A stretch of DNA of 40,999 nt, taken from the IMG/VR virus record IMGVR_UViG_3300031578_000136; one strand, 5' to 3'. Below the pieces are notes generated by a model, which worked only from the letters and a program-made list of their open reading frames with translations, ran no database searches and was not told the DNA's origin. Below are positions 25,686 to 32,979 of the stretch, piece by piece. A program made the translations under genes and the position numbers. This DNA is from a virus. How positions within the stretch are numbered: position 1 is the first letter of the stretch; each line of letters starts with the position of its first letter.

Positions 25686-27104
25686 TCAGGAATTGGTTAC
25701 TATTTCATTCCAGTAAAATTCAGACCTATTTTTAATATTTTCTTTGACTCTGCTGGTTCTACTAATTATAACCTTATCCAAAAATATTGACAGTATCTTT
25801 CTTTTTTTATCTACATCAAGATCATAAAATAAATTTTTTAAGTCAGTGCTGGCCAAAATATTAAAGTCATAACCTATTATATTATTTATCTTCTTATCAA
25901 GTAGTTTTAGCTCTTTATTAAGCTCCATTGTTTTATCTCTGTAGGTTTTTTTATCTATAAAATTATCCAGGTATTCATCAAGCAGCTTGTCTACTTTTAT
26001 TTTTATTTTTTTCTTTTTAGGTTCAATATTAATAGCTTGACTGGGGAAGTTATCGGCAAGAGTCAGTATCTTTTCCTTTATAGCTTTTTCATTTTTACAA
26101 ATAAAATCCAGTACTTTTTCAGTTACAACATCTTCTATCAAGCTAGCATTTACATAAACAGACCTATTACAGGTCCCCTGCCTGTATCCAATGCAGGAAT
26201 ATATAGGTTTATGTTTTCCATGGTTAAGTTTTTTCCTGCTTCCCCCAAGATTTGCCCCACAGTTTGCACATTTTAAAAATCCGGTAAGTAAGTACTTTGC
26301 CGGTTTAGTAGTGTTATACTTTTTGAATGTAGCAAGTTGCTGCTGCACTTTATAAAAATTATTTTTACTAATTATTAGTTTATGGATCCCTTTATAAAGA
26401 TTAGTGCCATGGCGCACATAGCCTATATATATGGGATTTGTCAGGATATATTTAACTAATTCTGTTGTTACCCTGCCTCCACGCTTACCCTTTATGTCCT
26501 TTCTATTTAGTGTTTGAGAAATTACTTTATAGCCATTTCCTTCAAGATACATACTATATATTTCCTTTATAATCTTTGCCTCATTTTGGTTTATTTCTAT
26601 GTTTTTATTTTTCCAATCGTAACCTAAAATATTAGTTAAATTTCCTATCATCTTACCCTTGCTTGCTCTTTCCTCTATTGCCCTTTTTATTCTTCTGGTG
26701 ATCATAGAACGCTCCAATTTTGCAAAGACACCCATCATATCTGAAAGAGCATCTTTTGTTATATCTGAAAAATCAATTATTCCTTCCTTTTCAGTAATAA
26801 AGGACGTGTTAGTTTTAGCCATAAGTGATTTTATATACCAGAAGTCATTACCCCTGGCTATTCTATCCTGGTCAACGCATAAGATATAATCAGGTTTCAT
26901 TTCCTTTAAATCATCTAAAAGTTGCAGCATAGAGGGCCTCTTGTCAATAGTAGCTCCTGATATTCCCTTATCCTCATAAATATCAATGATATTAAGATTA
27001 TATTTTTTTGCCAGTTTTACGGTTACATTCCTCTGAATATCAAGAGAATAGCCATCCTGTTGCCGGTCTGTTGAGTATCTGTGATAGCAAAAGCAGGTTT
27101 TCAT
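25686..27104 (-). CDS. int: Large serine recombinase (integrase)
   Basis: N-terminal resolvase domain with CYHRYSTDRQ (catalytic Ser context) and VDQDRIARG. It also has a recombinase domain, a zinc ribbon (CANCGANLGG...YSCIGYRQGTC) and a coiled-coil C-terminus. Confidence 0.85.
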   Translation of the reverse strand: MKTCFCYHRYSTDRQQDGYSLDIQRNVTVKLAKKYNLNIIDIYEDKGISGATIDKRPSMLQLLDDLKEMKPDYILCVDQDRIARGNDFWYIKSLMAKTNTSFITEKEGIIDFSDITKDALSDMMGVFAKLERSMITRRIKRAIEERASKGKMIGNLTNILGYDWKNKNIEINQNEAKIIKEIYSMYLEGNGYKVISQTLNRKDIKGKRGGRVTTELVKYILTNPIYIGYVRHGTNLYKGIHKLIISKNNFYKVQQQLATFKKYNTTKPAKYLLTGFLKCANCGANLGGSRKKLNHGKHKPIYSCIGYRQGTCNRSVYVNASLIEDVVTEKVLDFICKNEKAIKEKILTLADNFPSQAINIEPKKKKIKIKVDKLLDEYLDNFIDKKTYRDKTMELNKELKLLDKKINNIIGYDFNILASTDLKNLFYDLDVDKKRKILSIFLDKVIISRTSRVKENIKNRSEFYWNEIVTNS

Positions 27105-27115
27105 AATAATTTATG

Positions 27116-27451
27116 TTAATATTCTCTTACTTTTATATAATCTGCTGAGATAAACATTTCCACATTATTTTTATCTATAAATCTAATACTTTTTTCCGTA
27201 TAACTTATTATTTCCTTCGCATAAAAGTGTTCAACTGTAGTGTTTTTATCAATAATAGCTTCTTCAAGTAACTGGACTTCTTTTTCCTTATTCGCATATT
27301 TAAATATACCAGTTATGAGTTTTACCTTATCCCAGTCTATATAATAAACTACAATTTGATAGTTTTTTTCTTCCTCTTTTTCTTTGCAACCAGAAGAAGC
27401 CATAAAAATTATTATAATCAAAACTACCAGAAATATTTTAGTTTTCTTCAT
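27116..27451 (-). CDS. Small lipoprotein (superinfection-exclusion candidate)
   Basis: Signal peptide MKKTKIFLVVLIIIIFMASSGC with a lipobox-like SSGC. It lies between the repressor and integrase genes. Confidence 0.55.
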   Translation of the reverse strand: MKKTKIFLVVLIIIIFMASSGCKEKEEEKNYQIVVYYIDWDKVKLITGIFKYANKEKEVQLLEEAIIDKNTTVEHFYAKEIISYTEKSIRFIDKNNVEMFISADYIKVREY

Positions 27452-27536
27452 TTCTTATCTTTTCATAATCAAGCACAATTTTTTTTATGTTTTCTTTTAT
27501 AATTATCCAAATCAATTATTTTACTTTTATTAGACT

Positions 27537-27908
27537 TTAAATTCTTCCCCTTTTTTCCCCAGATTCTTCTTCAGGTTCTTCTTTTTCTCTTTTTATTTCC
27601 CTTATTTGAGATACTACTCTTTCAATTGCCTCTAAATCTTTGGAATCTAAATCTTTAAAGTTTACTCTAAGATTATCAGCTTTTTGATATTCTTCTTCCT
27701 TCCCCTCATAGAAATAAGATAGCGGGCGATTGAGTGCCTTGGATAATTTTTCTATTTCAACCGCAGTAATATTTCTTGAACCACTCTCCATTCTTGATAC
27801 CGTTACAGGTTCAACTCCTATTCTTTTAGCAAGTTCTTCCTGGTCGATTTTTGCAATTATTCTTGCTATTTTAATTTTTAACCCAATCTGTTTGTTTCTA
27901 TCATTCAT
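27537..27908 (-). CDS. CI-like repressor (XRE-family HTH), no S24 peptidase domain
   Basis: IGLKIKIARIIAKIDQEELAKRIGVEPVTVSRMESGSRNITAVEIEKLSKAL is a canonical HTH_3 pattern. It is divergent from the early operon. Confidence 0.75.
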   Translation of the reverse strand: MNDRNKQIGLKIKIARIIAKIDQEELAKRIGVEPVTVSRMESGSRNITAVEIEKLSKALNRPLSYFYEGKEEEYQKADNLRVNFKDLDSKDLEAIERVVSQIREIKREKEEPEEESGEKRGRI

Positions 27909-27939
27909 TATAAGTCCTTTCTAAATATGAATATATTTC

Positions 27940-27948
27940 ATTATACCA
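27940..27948 (-). promoter_or_regulatory. Extended -10 promoter for the repressor gene
   Basis: Minus strand reads TGGTATAAT (TGnTATAAT), about 30 nt upstream of the repressor ATG. Confidence 0.45.
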
Positions 27949-27962
27949 CATTTTTTTAACAT

Positions 27963-28016
27963 TTTAGTAAAAAAACTTCAAATTTATATTGACATTCACT
28001 TTCAAATTTAGTAAAA
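27963..28016. promoter_or_regulatory. Candidate operator repeats in the switch region
   Basis: TTTAGTAAAA at 27963-27972 and 28007-28016. TTCAAATTTA at 27977-27986 and 28001-28010. The right-hand copies overlap the spacer and -10 of the rightward promoter. Confidence 0.35.
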
Positions 28017-28017
28017 T
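27989..28017 (+). promoter_or_regulatory. Strong sigma-70-type early rightward promoter
   Basis: TTGACA (27989-27994), a 17-nt spacer, then TAAAAT (28012-28017). Confidence 0.6.
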
Positions 28018-28036
28018 TATTCTGGAACTAAAAATA

Positions 28037-28285
28037 ATGAACAAAAATAGAAAGGTTATACTAAATATGAAGACCCCAAAAATGCTACTTATTGAAGAAA
28101 AAACCGATAAAGACATCAGAGACTACCTAATGGAATTATACATAGAAAAAGACCTGACATTTATTGAGATAATAGAATATCTCAAAGATGAATTAAATGT
28201 AAAAATCTCGACAGGTGGCCTGCACAAGTGGTTTAAAACCCTAAAAATACCTACAAGAGTCTGGAGTTTAATAGGCAAGAGGTAA
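28037..28285 (+). CDS. Cro-like / early HTH regulator
   Basis: LTFIEIIEYLKDELNVKISTGGLHKWFK is an HTH-like segment. ATG at 28037, with an alternative ATG at 28067 that has a GAAAGG RBS. The TTG at 27989 in the ORF track is the -35 box. Confidence 0.5.
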   Translation: MNKNRKVILNMKTPKMLLIEEKTDKDIRDYLMELYIEKDLTFIEIIEYLKDELNVKISTGGLHKWFKTLKIPTRVWSLIGKR

Positions 28286-28373
28286 TCTTAAATGAATATA
28301 TCCAAAAAAGAGGCTATAGATATTATAGCTCAGATAATGTTTTCACATCTAAAACAAAAAGAGGTGAGTTTAA

Positions 28374-28979
28374 ATGAATGCAGTAAAGACAGTAGAAAAT
28401 ACGCACCTAGACAATATAATATATCAGAAGACAATAAATAATAATAAAATAATTTTGGATTTATGCGGTGGTACAGGAGCTTGGAGTAGACCATATTTCT
28501 TTAATGGATATGGAATTATAAATGTAACTCTACCTTATTTTGATGTTCGAACCTATACGCCACCAAAAAATGTTTATGGAATTTTAGCAGCCCCACCCTG
28601 TACCCATTTAGCTATAAGTGGTGCAAGATGGTTTACTGAAAAGGGACAGGAAGCATTATTAGAGGCTCTGGCAATAGTTGATGCCTGTTGCAGAATTATA
28701 TTAATAACTAATCCTGTTTTCTGGGCTCTGGAAAATCCCGTTGGCAGGCTTTCAAGATATTTGGGAAAACCCAAAATGTATTTTAATCCCTGTGATTATG
28801 GCGACCCATACACTAAAAAAACTTGCCTATGGGGTAATTTTAATATACCAATAAAAAATCCTGTTGAACCAATAGGTAAAAATCCAATACATTATATGCC
28901 ACCATCGGAAGACAGGGGAGCTTTAAGAAGTATTACTTCGCCAGGATTTGCAAGAGCATTTTACGAGGCTAATAAATGA
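28374..28979 (+). CDS. Minimal C5-cytosine-methyltransferase-like protein, paralog 1 (201 aa)
   Basis: ILDLCGGTGAWS (motif I-like), AAPPCTHLAISGAR (motif IV PC-like), ALENPVG (motif VI ENV-like), RSITSPGFARAFYEANK. No room for a normal target-recognition domain. Confidence 0.55.
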   Translation: MNAVKTVENTHLDNIIYQKTINNNKIILDLCGGTGAWSRPYFFNGYGIINVTLPYFDVRTYTPPKNVYGILAAPPCTHLAISGARWFTEKGQEALLEALAIVDACCRIILITNPVFWALENPVGRLSRYLGKPKMYFNPCDYGDPYTKKTCLWGNFNIPIKNPVEPIGKNPIHYMPPSEDRGALRSITSPGFARAFYEANK

Positions 28980-29006
28980 AAAACAAAATTAGTAAGGAGT
29001 AAAAAT

Positions 29007-29843
29007 ATGGATTTGCCTTTATATTTTCTAAGTCATACTCAAATTAATATGTTTAAACGCTGCCGGATGCAGTACTGTAAAAGATATGAGGAAAAGCTAA
29101 AAATACCACCCCCTTGGACTATGTATCTTGGAAACATAGGACACAAAGCACTGGATTTTAATTTTGAGCAGAAAATAGAAAGCTACACCGATCTTGATTA
29201 TAACGATTTTATTGAATTCTACTACGATAGTTTTGATAACAGTCCCGAAAGAGAATCTGTAAACTGGCAAGAAGAAAAGCCAGGACAAGTAAAGGATATG
29301 GGATATAAAGTCCTTGAAAATTACTACAAGGAACTGAAGGTTCAAAAAACAATCCAGCCTATAGCAGTTCAAAAAAAGATTGAAATAGAATTTGAAAATA
29401 AGCCTTACGCACTACGCACTTATATTGATTTTATAACTGACAAGGAAGAAATTGGGGATAATAAAATATCACGCAAAACACCGGACAAAAATGCTCTTGC
29501 AAATGACAATCAGCTAACAACTTATGGACTTTCATACCTATATGAATATGGGAAAAAGCCTTCCGCTTTATGGTTTGATTATTTAATACATTTAAAAAAA
29601 GGTCCTAAATACGAGAGATTCCCTGTCGAGAGGACAGATGAACACTACAGCCAATGTCTTGAAGATATAGGTAATATTGCAATACAAATTGCTGACTGTA
29701 GAAAATCCGGCTCCTGGGATAGAGATACGAATGGTTGGTGGTGCAGCCCTAAATATTGTGGTTATTATTTATTATGCAGGCCCCAAGATAAAAAAGTTTA
29801 CTTTAAAGTTTTAGAGGATTTTAAAAAGAAAGGGAAAAAATGA
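29007..29843 (+). CDS. Cas4/RecB-like PD-(D/E)XK exonuclease with a Cys cluster
   Basis: SHTQINMFKRCRMQYCKRY (N-terminal Cys), YIDFITDKEEIGDNKISRK (D...D.K-like) and C-terminal WWCSPKYCGYYLLC (3 Cys). Confidence 0.65.
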   Translation: MDLPLYFLSHTQINMFKRCRMQYCKRYEEKLKIPPPWTMYLGNIGHKALDFNFEQKIESYTDLDYNDFIEFYYDSFDNSPERESVNWQEEKPGQVKDMGYKVLENYYKELKVQKTIQPIAVQKKIEIEFENKPYALRTYIDFITDKEEIGDNKISRKTPDKNALANDNQLTTYGLSYLYEYGKKPSALWFDYLIHLKKGPKYERFPVERTDEHYSQCLEDIGNIAIQIADCRKSGSWDRDTNGWWCSPKYCGYYLLCRPQDKKVYFKVLEDFKKKGKK

Positions 29844-30004
29844 AATATATATTAGATATTGACTTGATAAAAGGTTATGAAGAAATATCAGTTAGGTCTT
29901 TAGATGAAGTTGTAAAAGCTCTATATGATAGGGGAATGATAAAAATAAATAAACAGGAAAAAATTGGTGAACCATTTTTTGACACATTATTAAAAGAAAG
30001 GTAA
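29840..30004 (+). CDS. Hypothetical 54-aa protein (below the ORF-track cutoff)
   Basis: Hand translation gives MKYILDIDLIKGYEEISVRSLDEVVKALYDRGMIKINKQEKIGEPFFDTLLKER. Its start overlaps the upstream stop (ATGA). Confidence 0.45.
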   Translation: MKYILDIDLIKGYEEISVRSLDEVVKALYDRGMIKINKQEKIGEPFFDTLLKER

Positions 30005-30009
30005 CTCCA

Positions 30010-30204
30010 ATGAAGGAATATAAAGTAGTTTGCTTTATGACAGATTGCATAAACAATAATAAAGAAATTAAAAATAATCAAGGCAAATATGACCGTGGTA
30101 GTTGCAAAGAAAATAAAATAATTATAGGGCCAATAAGAGAAAAACCATTCTGTGTAAATTATGAGTTAGTAAAATTAATAACAAGTAAGAAAGGATTAAA
30201 ATGA
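30010..30204 (+). CDS. Hypothetical small Cys-containing protein
   Basis: 64 aa, in operon register. Confidence 0.35.
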   Translation: MKEYKVVCFMTDCINNNKEIKNNQGKYDRGSCKENKIIIGPIREKPFCVNYELVKLITSKKGLK

Positions 30205-30404
30205 AATTCTTATTTAGACTTTTAGTAGGTATATTCAGAAATAAAATAAAAATAGAAACTGACGGAAAGTATATCGTATTTATTATTGCTAGAGATGCAC
30301 AAGTTGATTTAGAACATTTAATATATGACTTAAATAGAGAAAAAATTTCTTTTTTTATAATTTTAACTTCTTACGTTGATGGAGTAAAAATAATTAAAAT
30401 TTAA
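30201..30404 (+). CDS. Hypothetical small protein
   Basis: 67 aa, start overlaps the upstream stop (ATGA). Confidence 0.35.
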   Translation: MKFLFRLLVGIFRNKIKIETDGKYIVFIIARDAQVDLEHLIYDLNREKISFFIILTSYVDGVKIIKI

Positions 30405-30417
30405 GAAAGGATAAATT

Positions 30418-31314
30418 ATGGGTTTGTTGAGTATATTCAAAAGAAAAAAAGAAACTTACGAGGTAGTTAAGAGAGATGAAATTAGATACAACAGTGATGA
30501 AATTCAGCTTATAAAAAGTATGTATGCAAAGGAAGCCACGCCTGAAGAGTTTGCCCTTCTTATTTATATGTCAAAAAAATATGGCCTTGATATCCTGACT
30601 AAAGAAATATGGTGCGTAAAATATGCCGGGCAGCCAGCTCAGATATATGCAGGTAGAGACGGATTTCTAAAAATAGGACAAAGAGAAAAAAGATTAGATG
30701 AAAATAAGAATGTAGTAAATCTATTCAATGGAATGGACACACAAGTCTTTAAGATAGACCAACCTTTTAAAGTTTCTTACTATGACAAGAAGATAGGAAG
30801 TTATGTCAATTTTGAGAAACCATTTCAATATTCTGCTACCTGCACGGTTTACAGAAAAGACTTTGAGCATCCCATAACTGTTACCGTGTGGGAAGAAGAA
30901 TATTCTACTGGCCAGTCTTTATGGAAAACAAAAAGAAGGACTATGATATCAAAAGTCGCAGAATCGCAGTGTCTCAGAAAATCATTTTGTATATCCGGTA
31001 TTTATTCCCCTGAAGAGATGGACTTATCTATTTTACAGAATCAAGGTTTAATTCAATTAAAAGAAACTGTTGCTATCGAAAACAAAAATAATATAAAAGC
31101 TGAAGTTACCCAAGAAGAAAAAAAAGAATCTCCTATATTAAAAGAAAAGCCCAAAGAACCAAAGAAAGATAAAGAAAAAGAAGAGATCCCATCTATTGAG
31201 GACCTTAAAAAAAGATATATGAAAAAATATCCTAAAAGTCTAATCCTCACAAAGTTGAAAGGCGATGTCATAGAGCAATTCCTATTAGGAAAATTTAAAA
31301 CAAAGGAAATATAA
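30418..31314 (+). CDS. recT: RecT/Bet-family single-strand annealing recombinase
   Basis: EEFALLIYMSKKYGLDILTKEIWCVKYAGQPAQIYAGRDGFLKIGQR fits the RecT/Bet core. It has a K/E-rich C-terminal tail and pairs with the exonuclease and SSB genes. Confidence 0.65.
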   Translation: MGLLSIFKRKKETYEVVKRDEIRYNSDEIQLIKSMYAKEATPEEFALLIYMSKKYGLDILTKEIWCVKYAGQPAQIYAGRDGFLKIGQREKRLDENKNVVNLFNGMDTQVFKIDQPFKVSYYDKKIGSYVNFEKPFQYSATCTVYRKDFEHPITVTVWEEEYSTGQSLWKTKRRTMISKVAESQCLRKSFCISGIYSPEEMDLSILQNQGLIQLKETVAIENKNNIKAEVTQEEKKESPILKEKPKEPKKDKEKEEIPSIEDLKKRYMKKYPKSLILTKLKGDVIEQFLLGKFKTKEI

Positions 31315-31315
31315 G

Positions 31316-31672
31316 ATGGGAAAAGAAAGAAATGTTTGTCCTGCTTGTGGTCATATTGCTTATTATTTTGAAAATGGCGATAGGGATTGCGAGGGTCAAC
31401 AATTAGAACCCGATTATTCCTATTGTAATTATTGTGGTTTTGGGTGGCAGCAATATCAGGGTATCTGGGATGACGATGTAGCCTATATTTATAGAAAAAA
31501 ATTAAAACAAAAAGAAATAAACTGGCAGAATATTTTTTATAGCATTGATTTGGAATCTGAGGCAAAAAGAAGGCACTTTAAATTTAAGTGTAGTTGGTGT
31601 GATGAATATACTAATGATGAAAAACATAAATGCGATAAATATTCTTCTGGTTATTTATTAAAACTTAATTAA
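31316..31672 (+). CDS. Multi-CxxC zinc-finger protein
   Basis: CPACGH, CNYCGF and CSWCDEYTNDEKHKC. Confidence 0.45.
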   Translation: MGKERNVCPACGHIAYYFENGDRDCEGQQLEPDYSYCNYCGFGWQQYQGIWDDDVAYIYRKKLKQKEINWQNIFYSIDLESEAKRRHFKFKCSWCDEYTNDEKHKCDKYSSGYLLKLN

Positions 31673-31683
31673 AAGGAGATTTA

Positions 31684-31857
31684 ATGCAAAGCATAGAACA
31701 GCAAATTGTAGACTACATAGAAGAACATATCGTTTCAATGTCAGAAGATGAAATATCAAAATTCAAATTATTTTTAGAAGAAAATTTTATTTTATCTAGG
31801 AAAGATAGAAGAAATAGAATAGAAAAATTTAAGTGTAAATCTTGGAGTTCAAAATGA
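31684..31857 (+). CDS. Hypothetical 57-aa protein (below the ORF-track cutoff)
   Basis: Hand translation gives MQSIEQQIVDYIEEHIVSMSEDEISKFKLFLEENFILSRKDRRNRIEKFKCKSWSSK. RBS AAAGGAGATTTA. Its stop overlaps the SSB start (ATGA). Confidence 0.45.
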   Translation: MQSIEQQIVDYIEEHIVSMSEDEISKFKLFLEENFILSRKDRRNRIEKFKCKSWSSK

Positions 31858-32228
31858 ATATACCATACTGTTGCTCCGGGGTCTTAATAAAAAACCCCGA
31901 GTTGAAATATACCGATAATGGCAAGGCAGTCTGCAATATGGTGATTAAGGTTACTGAAAAGACAGTGCAGGGTACCTTATTCCCTGTAACTGTCTGGGAA
32001 GGGCTTGCTGAAAACTGCACAGAAAGTCTCTCAAAGGGAGATAAAATTATAGTAATAGGTCTTATAAAATCAAATGTCTGGGAAGATAAGCATGGACAAA
32101 AAAGAGAGACAAAATATATCCAAGCATTCACAGTCGGAATAGATTTAAAAGATTCTAAGGTACAAATAACAGGTAAAATAAAATCAGAAGAAGAGATAGA
32201 GGAAAACAATATGGGGAGAAATAAATGA
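31854..32228 (+). CDS. ssb: Single-stranded DNA-binding protein (OB fold)
   Basis: GVLIKNPELKYTDNGKAVCNMVI...VTVWEGLAENCTESLSKGDKIIVIGLIKSNVWEDKHGQKRE fits the SSB pattern. ATG at 31854 is preferred over the TTG at 31842. The canonical acidic DDDIPF tail is not obvious. Confidence 0.7.
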   Translation: MNIPYCCSGVLIKNPELKYTDNGKAVCNMVIKVTEKTVQGTLFPVTVWEGLAENCTESLSKGDKIIVIGLIKSNVWEDKHGQKRETKYIQAFTVGIDLKDSKVQITGKIKSEEEIEENNMGRNK

Positions 32229-32229
32229 T

Positions 32230-32979
32230 ATGGCTGCTTCTCCACAAACCGAAAATGGACATACCAAAATTGCTAATGAACTTTTAGAAGCTATATATAA
32301 AGTGCCTTTATCTGATTATGAACACAGGATATTTTGGTTTATTTTAAGAAAAACTTATGGATATAAAAAAAAACAGGATTGGATTTCACAGAAGCAGATA
32401 GTAAAAGAATTAGATATTCATAAATGCAATGTAAGCAGGACGATAAAAAAGTTAAAAGCAAAAAATATGATAACAAATGCAATTGAAAAGAATAAAAAAA
32501 TATTAGGAATACAGAAAGATTATGAACAATGGAAGTTATCCAAACAGATAACTAATAAAGTTATCCAAATAGGTAACAAATACAGAGATTTAAAGGAAAA
32601 GTTATCTAAACAGATAACCGAAGTTATCCAAACAGATAACCGGAAGTTATCTATACAGACACACACAAAAGAAACTATACAAAAGAAACTTATACAAAAT
32701 AATATATATATAGACATTTTCAACTACTGGAATAAGAAAAAAATAATAATTCATAAGAAACTAGATCAAGCGACTATCAGTAAGATAAATGAAAAACTAG
32801 AAGACTACACTATAGATGAGATAAAAGACACAATTCATATCTATTCGGAAATTCTAAAAAGCGAGGATCATTGGTTTAATTATAAATGGACACTAAAGGA
32901 TTTTTTTCAACGAGGATTTGAGAAATTTAAGGATGCCGATGTGGCAGATGAAAATTATTTAAAAAAGGATAAAAAATGA
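32230..32979 (+). CDS. Lambda-O-like replication initiator
   Basis: ENGHTKIANELLEAIYKVPLSDYEHRIFWFILRKTYGYKKKQDWISQKQIVKELDIHKCNVSRTIKKLKAKNMI matches the phage_rep_O N-terminal pattern. The gene contains the iteron array. Confidence 0.75.
   Translation: MAASPQTENGHTKIANELLEAIYKVPLSDYEHRIFWFILRKTYGYKKKQDWISQKQIVKELDIHKCNVSRTIKKLKAKNMITNAIEKNKKILGIQKDYEQWKLSKQITNKVIQIGNKYRDLKEKLSKQITEVIQTDNRKLSIQTHTKETIQKKLIQNNIYIDIFNYWNKKKIIIHKKLDQATISKINEKLEDYTIDEIKDTIHIYSEILKSEDHWFNYKWTLKDFFQRGFEKFKDADVADENYLKKDKK
32533..32663. repeat. Origin iterons: five 20-bp direct repeats (consensus AAGTTATCCAAACAGATAAC) inside the initiator gene
   Basis: Copies at 32533, 32558, 32599, 32621 and 32644. Copies 1 and 4 are identical and the others have 1-4 mismatches. 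An AT-rich tract follows at about 32697-32713. Confidence 0.8.

Noticed and set aside
27989-28036. The ORF track starts the Cro-like ORF at a TTG at 27989 (MTFTFKF...).
   Set aside because: That TTG is the first half of a TTGACA -35 box with a correctly spaced TAAAAT -10. Transcription would start downstream of it. The CDS more likely begins at the ATG at 28037 or 28067.
28292-28441. 49-aa plus-strand ORF (MNISKKEAIDIIAQ...) between cro and the first mini-methyltransferase.
   Set aside because: It overlaps the methyltransferase start by 68 nt in another frame, and the methyltransferase ATG at 28374 has the better RBS (GAGGTGA). Coding status cannot be decided from sequence alone.
29875-30081. 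68-aa minus-strand track ORF.
   Set aside because: It is antisense to two operon-registered plus-strand small ORFs (29840..30004 and 30010..30204), is rich in hydrophobic and low-complexity residues, and has no RBS.
31053-32245. Long minus-strand track ORFs 31053..31565 (170 aa) and 31829..32245 (138 aa). The same applies to 33675..34115 (146 aa) and 36730..37050.
   Set aside because: They lie antisense to well-supported genes (RecT, Zn-finger protein, SSB, methyltransferase, radical SAM). They have low-complexity composition typical of shadow ORFs in AT-rich DNA.
32533-32663. The regularly spaced 20-bp repeats could superficially suggest a CRISPR array.
   Set aside because: The spacers are only 2-21 bp and the repeats are degenerate. 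The array lies in frame inside a lambda-O-like initiator gene, and there are no cas genes. These are origin iterons.
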